Assembly: GCA_000092065.1 (NCBI GenBank)
Contig: CP000582.1
DNA: 64,000 nt
Direction: 5' to 3' (one strand)
Origin: Ostreococcus lucimarinus
Lineage: Eukaryota
The notes below the pieces were generated by a model that saw only the letters and a program-made list of their open reading frames with translations, made no database searches and was not told where the DNA came from. This document shows, one piece after another, positions 58,794 to 64,000 of this stretch (positions are counted from its first letter, which is position 1; every line of letters begins with the position of its first letter). The translations under genes were made by a program, and so were the position numbers.

Positions 58794-59404
58794 CGCTCCC
58801 GGCGCGCCGTACGCCGTCGCCGTCGCCGTCGCCGCGCCGTCGCCGCGCGCCGCCGCGCGCGTCCCGTTCGCGTTCGCCGCGTTCGCCTCGTTCGCCCCGT
58901 GTCCCCATCCCGGCGCCGCGCTCTGGCTTTGCCATCCCCCGTGATCACTCTGCGCCGCGCGTCGTCCGTCGTTCGTCCCTCGTCAGTCGTCGCGACGCGC
59001 GAGACGCGCAAAGTTTCGCGAATCCGTGCCGTTCGCGCTTTCAAACATTCATCGCGCGCGCGCTCGCGACGTCGCGCGCGTCGTCGCGCGCGCACCTGCG
59101 GCGCGCTCGACCATCCCTGCTGCGCCATCGTCGCGCGTTCGCGCGGTCCGTCCTCGCGCGCGGTCGCGCGTCGCGCTGCGTCGTCGCGATCGCGACGGGA
59201 CGACTCGACTTTATGCTTCGTCTCACTGTTTGCCCATACGAGAGACAGATTTCGTCCCGAACCCTATCGCGCGACGCGCGTCGTCGCCGCACTCGCGCGC
59301 GCGACGATCGACGCGCGCTCGACGAGCGGTCGACGCGCACGCGCGCGCGGTCGACGTCCGGCGCGGTCGCGACGTCAGAAGTCGCGATCGCGACGACGAC
59401 GACG

Positions 59405-59893
59405 ATGCGAACGAAGGCGAAGGCGCTGCGAGCGCTGATGACGGCGCGGCGACGCGCGTACGCCACGAGCGAGGCGCTGAGCGCGGCGAGACCGACGGAG
59501 ACGCCCTCGGCGTCGTACGCGGAGGCGCAGAAACGCGGCAGGGGGTTCTACCGCGCGGTGTGTCGCGAGGTGCCGTGGGTGCTGGATAATTACGCGCTTC
59601 GCGAGGTCGCCACGGAGACGCACGTGCGACGCGTGCTCAAGGATTTGATGCGAGCGCACGCGGAAAAGATCGATGGGGCGTCGAACGATGACGCCGTGCG
59701 AGCGGGACTGCTCGATCGGGCGCTGATGCGAGGACGCGAGGAGTTGGTGGCGCTCGAGGCGCACCACTTTCAGCGACACCACATGATCACGCAATTCGTC
59801 AACGCCAAGTGCGTGGACGCGGTGCGAGGACGCGACGGCGAGAGCGTCTTCTTGAGCGAATTTTTGAGCGGCGGGCGGAAGGAATTGAACTGA
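59405..59893 (+). CDS. NDUFA6: NADH dehydrogenase [ubiquinone] 1 alpha subcomplex subunit 6 (NDUFA6/B14, LYR family)
   Basis: LYR-type motif (GFYRAVCREVPWVLDNYALREV, compare LYRRALR...IPRWLHNYKL), plus the downstream HHFQRHHMITQFV block typical of B14. ORF 59213..59893 is trimmed to Met at 59405. Confidence 0.5.
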   Translation: MRTKAKALRALMTARRRAYATSEALSAARPTETPSASYAEAQKRGRGFYRAVCREVPWVLDNYALREVATETHVRRVLKDLMRAHAEKIDGASNDDAVRAGLLDRALMRGREELVALEAHHFQRHHMITQFVNAKCVDAVRGRDGESVFLSEFLSGGRKELN

Positions 59894-60023
59894 GCGCGCT
59901 CGAGCGCGAGCCGTTTGTATTTCAAATTTGAACTTTTACGACGCGTCGCCCGAGACGACGCGCGCGTCTCGCGTCGAGGGCGACACACGCGCGCGCGCCG
60001 ACCGCGCCGAGCGACCGCGCGCG

Positions 60024-61111
60024 ATGGACGCGATCGATGTCCTCGCGGCGCGCGTGGCGAACGACCCCGAGCGCGCGTGGGGCGCGGTGATGAAGCGCAT
60101 TAAAGTCGCGAAAGATGCCTTCATCGACGGTGGAGCGCGCGCGACGGATACGCCCGCGCACGCGGTCGCCGCGGCGCTGCTGCCGATCGCGGACGCGCTG
60201 GACGACGCGCGAAGAAGCGCGCTCGCGTTCAAGACGACGAACGACGGCGCGAACGCGCGCGCGGTGGCGACGGCGGCGACGGCGGCGCGCGCGTCGACGA
60301 AGGACGCGGCGTTCGTCGCGCGAGGCGTCGGTTTCAACGCGCCGAGAGGGAAATACGACGCGCACGTGATGAAGAACGGAGACTTGGTGCTGGAAAATAC
60401 GAAAGGGGCGCAGATAGTGATCGAGGGGCGGGACGTGCGACGGGTGCTGCGATTGGAGACCGGAGACGCGAATCAGACGAGTCTCGTCGTCGTGGGCTTG
60501 CGAGGCGAAGGCGCGCAAAACGGAAAGAGTCGATTGAAGACGCTGTGTGCGACGTTCAGAGGGAAGGATAAGCTCGTGATCGAAAGAGGTGGAGACGGTG
60601 ACGGCGCCGAGGACGACGAGGGCGACGGTGAGGAGGGATCGACGCACGCGGCGCGGTTGTTTTTTCGCGCGCTCGAACGCGAGTACGGCGCGGAAACGTG
60701 CGGGACGACGAATCCCGTCAAAGTGTTCGCCGGAACGAAGGGTTTCGGTCACGTGCAAGCGACGAAAGGGTTCAACTCGGGACACTTATTCTTTCTCAAA
60801 GAAGGCGTGGCGTTCGGACCGAGCCCGGCGATGTACGTGCACTTTGACGATTTGGAAGACTTGCGCGTGCTTCGCGCCGAAAACGCCGGTTCGAGCACGT
60901 TTGATTTGTCCATGACGCTCGAAGACGGCGTCGCCGTCGAGTTCTCGAACATTTCCCGAGATGAGCTCGAACACGTCAGTAGGTACTTGGCCAAGCGGTG
61001 CACGAGCGCGGACGACGCGCCGAGTGCGGCGGGCGCGCTCGGCGACGAGAGCGACGACGACGAGAGCGACGAAGACGACGAAGATTTCACTGGCCAAGAA
61101 CCGGATTCGAG

Positions 61112-61143
<32 letters not shown>

Positions 61144-61376
61144 GCAACGAAGGTAATGATATGGAATATTCGTTCGACAACTCGGACGAAGTGCGCGGTG
61201 ACGCCTCGGATGCGAGCGACGCCGAGGCCGCGACGGACGATCGAGCCGAAAAGCGTCGCCGCGTCGACGCCGAACGACCGTCCACTCAAGCGCAAGCGCC
61301 CGCCGCCGCGGATTCCAGCGGAAGTGATTCCGAATCCGACGACAACGCCTTCACCGTGCAAGTCGCGAGGCCGTAG
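60024..61376 (+). CDS. Double PH-domain histone chaperone, Pob3(SSRP1)/Rtt106-like, with acidic C-terminal tail
   Basis: PH-like blocks: RGKYDAHVMKNGDLVLENTKGAQIVIEGRDVRRV, and AMYVHFDDLEDLRVLRAENAGSSTFDLSMTLEDGVAVEFSNISRDELEHVSRYLAKR. The latter is collinear with the Pob3/SSRP1 middle domain IHIRFDEISCVNFARG...FDFEIETKQGTQYTFSSIEREEYGKLFDFVNAKK. Long Asp/Glu/Ser tail (DDDDDDDDDGNEG). No HMG box. Confidence 0.5.
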
Positions 61377-61770
61377 ACGCGATGACGTTGATATTGAAAT
61401 TCGAACCAACTTTGTTCGCCCGCCTCGTCGCCTCCAGCGCGCAAACTTCACTTCGCGACGACGCGCGCGCGCGGCTCATGCCGCCCAAACGCAAAGCCGC
61501 CGCGACGGACGCGAAACCATCATCGGTGCGCGCGCGCGACGCGCGATTCGCGCCGATCGACGCGCCGTACGCGTCGCGCGACGCCGAAATGGACGAATTC
61601 GCGACTGACGACAAACCATCATTTCCGACGATTCGCAGGCGAAACGCGCGAAGAAAGCGCCGAAATCCACCGAAAAGGCTGCGGACGCGAGTGCGGACGA
61701 CGCAGCCGTCGAGGGCGACGCCGATGACGACGCGGAGAACGAGCAAGGCGGTGAAAACGATGACGGTGAG

Positions 61771-62193
61771 ATGGTGGACGGCGAGGATCTCGACCACCGG
61801 CGGCGCGACGACGACGCCTCGATCGAGGCGCAGCGCGATGCCGATCGAGCGCGCATGCTGGAACTCTTGAAAACGTTTACACCGAGTCAGATGGAGCGAT
61901 ACGAGTGCTTTCGCAGGAGTAATCTGAGTAAAACGATGTTGCGAAGGTTGTTCAAAGCGGCGAGCGGGGTGACGCTCAACGCGAACGGATTGATCATATT
62001 AGCGGGGGTGTCGAAGATGTTCGTCGGAGAAATGGTGGAGACGGCGAGGGAGATCATGAAATCGCGAGGGATGAACGAGTACGAGGAGATACGACCGGAA
62101 CACTTGCGAGAGGCGGCGGCTGTGATCGACGCGAAGGATGGGCTGTTGCGACGCAAGCGACAAAAGTCGTTGTTCACGCGAGGTTACGCGTAG
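61771..62193 (+). CDS. TAF11: Transcription initiation factor TFIID subunit 11 (TAF11) histone-fold protein
   Basis: FTPSQMERYECFRRSNLSKTMLRRLFKAASGVTLNANGLIILAGVSKMFVGEMVETAREIMKSRGMNEYEEIRPEHLREAAAVI is collinear with the TAF11 histone fold (FSEEQLNRYEMYRRSAF...ISKVFVGE...HMREA). The frame is open upstream to 61609 with no ATG, and an Arg/Lys-rich ORF in another frame begins at 61382, so an upstream exon is possible. Confidence 0.5.
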   Translation: MVDGEDLDHRRRDDDASIEAQRDADRARMLELLKTFTPSQMERYECFRRSNLSKTMLRRLFKAASGVTLNANGLIILAGVSKMFVGEMVETAREIMKSRGMNEYEEIRPEHLREAAAVIDAKDGLLRRKRQKSLFTRGYA

Positions 62194-62347
62194 GGACGAC
62201 GTTGGATAGATGATGCGAACGCGTGTTTCAGTAGCCTTAGCTGTATTAAATATACGATTGGATGCGTGCGGAATCGGGATTTTGACTCGTCGAGCGCGCG
62301 GTGGATTGACTTTCGTGGCTCTGACGCGCGTCGCTCGACGTCGTCGC

Positions 62348-63526
62348 TCACCCGCGACCAATCATCACGCTCGGTTTCCAGCGATAATCACGCGCGGGGA
62401 TGTCGACGAACGATGATCTATCACTCGACACTCGAATGGACGCGACGCCTCGCGTGCCGGCGTGCTCGAGCGCCTCCAAGCCGGCGTCGCCCTCGAACGC
62501 GGCGCGCGTGTGCTTCACCACGTACGTCGCTCGACGGTCCGCCATGGGTGTCGCCTCGACCGCGCGCTTCTTCTTCGTGAAGGCTTCTTTCGCTTTGACG
62601 AGCGCATTTTGTGACACCTTTTGCGCCGCACCGGCGGCGCGTCGCTTAAACGCGCCCATCTTCAACGCCGCGAGCGCCTTGAGCGCGGCGACTTGCGGCG
62701 TCGCCGCGGCGCGCATGAGCCCCGCCGCCGCGATCGCACCGAGCGCCACAGCCACCCACGCGCCACCGTTGTGCGTCTTACTCGCTTTGACCGCGCCCTT
62801 TTTCGCATCCGCGTCGTCCTGCGCGCCGTACGCGCTGTCTTCACTGATACCCCCCGGCGAGTCGCCGTAGCGGTTGGATTTCACCTCGCTCTCAAACGAG
62901 TCCAACTGATAGCCGTTGTGATGATACGTTCTCGGCGTCATCGGTTGCGAATACGCGTTAAACGTCTCAAACAATCGCACCGCCTCCTCCTCGCTCACAT
63001 CTTCGTCGCTCACCGCTAGATCGTCGCGTTCCTTCGCTCCCAAGAATGACGTCGGCGTCTCCGCCGCGCGCGTCGCCTCCGTCGCCGCTCGCAGCGGACT
63101 CTCCGAAGATTTCATCACCTCAAATCCACCGTCCATCATCCGCGCGTACATCTCCAGATCTCCTGGCATCTCCAAAAATTCCCGCACTCGTCGCAGCGCC
63201 TCTCGCTCCTCGCTCACGCTCTCCAGCGCCTTCATCGTCGCCGCGAACGCGCGTCGCCGCGCCCGCTCCAGCGCCGCGCCCGCGCGTTCCGTCTCTCGTC
63301 CATTCTCCCGCGTCGCCGCCATCGCGCCGTCCAGCGCTCGAGCCATCACTTCGAGCGCATCGCGCGCGTCGCACAGCGCTCGAAGTTCGAGCTCGACCGT
63401 CGTCGTCGCGACGCCGCGCGACCACTGATGGACCTCCTGGCGCTGAATCGCATCGGTGAGATGCATCGCGAGGCGACGCAGCGTCGCGCGCGCGGCGGCG
63501 TGCGCGGCGCTCGCGTCGGCGTGCAT
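62348..63526 (-). CDS. Hypothetical protein with one predicted TM helix
   Basis: A 392-aa ORF: helical N-half, acidic/Ser middle, and a hydrophobic segment (GGAWVAVALGAIAAAGLMRAAA) before a basic tail. No family recognised. Codon usage and length make it likely real. Confidence 0.35.
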   Translation of the reverse strand: MHADASAAHAAARATLRRLAMHLTDAIQRQEVHQWSRGVATTTVELELRALCDARDALEVMARALDGAMAATRENGRETERAGAALERARRRAFAATMKALESVSEEREALRRVREFLEMPGDLEMYARMMDGGFEVMKSSESPLRAATEATRAAETPTSFLGAKERDDLAVSDEDVSEEEAVRLFETFNAYSQPMTPRTYHHNGYQLDSFESEVKSNRYGDSPGGISEDSAYGAQDDADAKKGAVKASKTHNGGAWVAVALGAIAAAGLMRAAATPQVAALKALAALKMGAFKRRAAGAAQKVSQNALVKAKEAFTKKKRAVEATPMADRRATYVVKHTRAAFEGDAGLEALEHAGTRGVASIRVSSDRSSFVDIPARDYRWKPSVMIGRG

Positions 63527-63784
63527 GGTGCTTTTTTTTTCTTTTTTACGTCTCGATCGCGTCTCTCGCGCGCGCGGTCCTCGGTCGGCGCGCGGCGACG
63601 TGTCGCGCAGGGGGGACGAACGAACGAACCGAACCGTCGCGATGTCAACGGCTTTTTTCCTCGGCGGTTTTTCGGCTGGTTTTTCGGCGACGAGGGGCTC
63701 TTTCGAGGACGGCGAGCGATCGTCGGGCGATGCGAGCGCGGGACGAGCGAAGCGAAGCGAAGAAATCGATCGAAGGGCGAGGTC

Positions 63785-64000
63785 TCACAAGTTGACGAGG
63801 ATGGGGTAGTCGCGCAAGAGCTCGGTTTGGGTGAGGACGTCGCCGTCTTCCTGCGGCGTCCATAAGACTTCGACGGCTTGTAAAGCCTCGACGCGCACGG
63901 CGCCGAGACGCTTGAGCGCGGTCTTTAAGTCGTTGGCGTCGGTGATGTCGGGCATTTTGACGCCGCCGTCCGCGGCGGCGATGATGGTGACGAGGATGTA
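63785..64000 (-). CDS. Conserved plastid-lineage protein, C-terminal fragment (DUF1517-like), 5' partial at window end
   Basis: Minus-strand translation: YILVTIIAAADGGVKMPDITDANDLKTALKRLGAVRVEALQAVEVLWTPQEDGDVLTQTELLRDYPILVNL*. The AVEVLWTPQ...DYP.L motif matches what I recall of the DUF1517 C-terminus. Stop at 63787-63785. Confidence 0.4.
   Translation of the reverse strand, partial: YILVTIIAAADGGVKMPDITDANDLKTALKRLGAVRVEALQAVEVLWTPQEDGDVLTQTELLRDYPILVNL

Noticed and set aside
61382-61870. 162-aa plus ORF upstream of and overlapping TAF11
   Set aside because: Arg/Lys/Thr-rich with no fold signature. It may contribute a 5' exon or uORF to TAF11, but I could not find a phase-compatible GT-AG junction (the candidate donor at 61567 is phase 2, the acceptor at 61638 needs phase 0), so it is left unannotated.

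Overview
The window is very GC-rich (long CGCGCG/GCG runs, strong GC3 codon bias) and reads as compact eukaryotic nuclear DNA. I count about 45 protein-coding genes at roughly one per 1.4 kb, most of them single long ORFs on alternating strands with 50-600 bp intergenic gaps. The gene content (PAM68, NhaA with a transit-peptide-like N-terminus, a chloroplast-type J-protein, plant-type UDP-glucuronate 4-epimerase, THOC1, PCF11, NOC3, TAF11, RPS26, NDUFA6) together with the GC content points to a green-lineage picoalga, most plausibly a Mamiellophyceae prasinophyte such as Micromonas. That is inference from sequence only.

The six-frame ORF track is dominated by spurious Arg/Ala-rich ORFs produced by the GC bias. 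I kept only frames with recognisable family-level protein signatures and trimmed each to a plausible ATG. Several genes are not single ORFs, and I resolved splice junctions by hand: RPS26, PAM68, SERINC and a Lys/Ala-rich histone-H1-tail-like gene all have introns. There is also one intron-containing tRNA-Pro(AGG).

I found no prokaryote-style defence, toxin or mobile-element system, and no CRISPR. The second-look items are architectural: a perfect 3 x 160 bp tandem repeat that duplicates the 3' end of a tRNA methyltransferase gene; duplicated exon+intron modules in the K/A-rich gene; a CCATGG palindrome that could start divergent genes on both strands; an 11-bp tandem repeat carrying stop codons in all three frames at the end of a JmjC gene; and a convergent pair of a divergent PGK-like gene and GAPDH.
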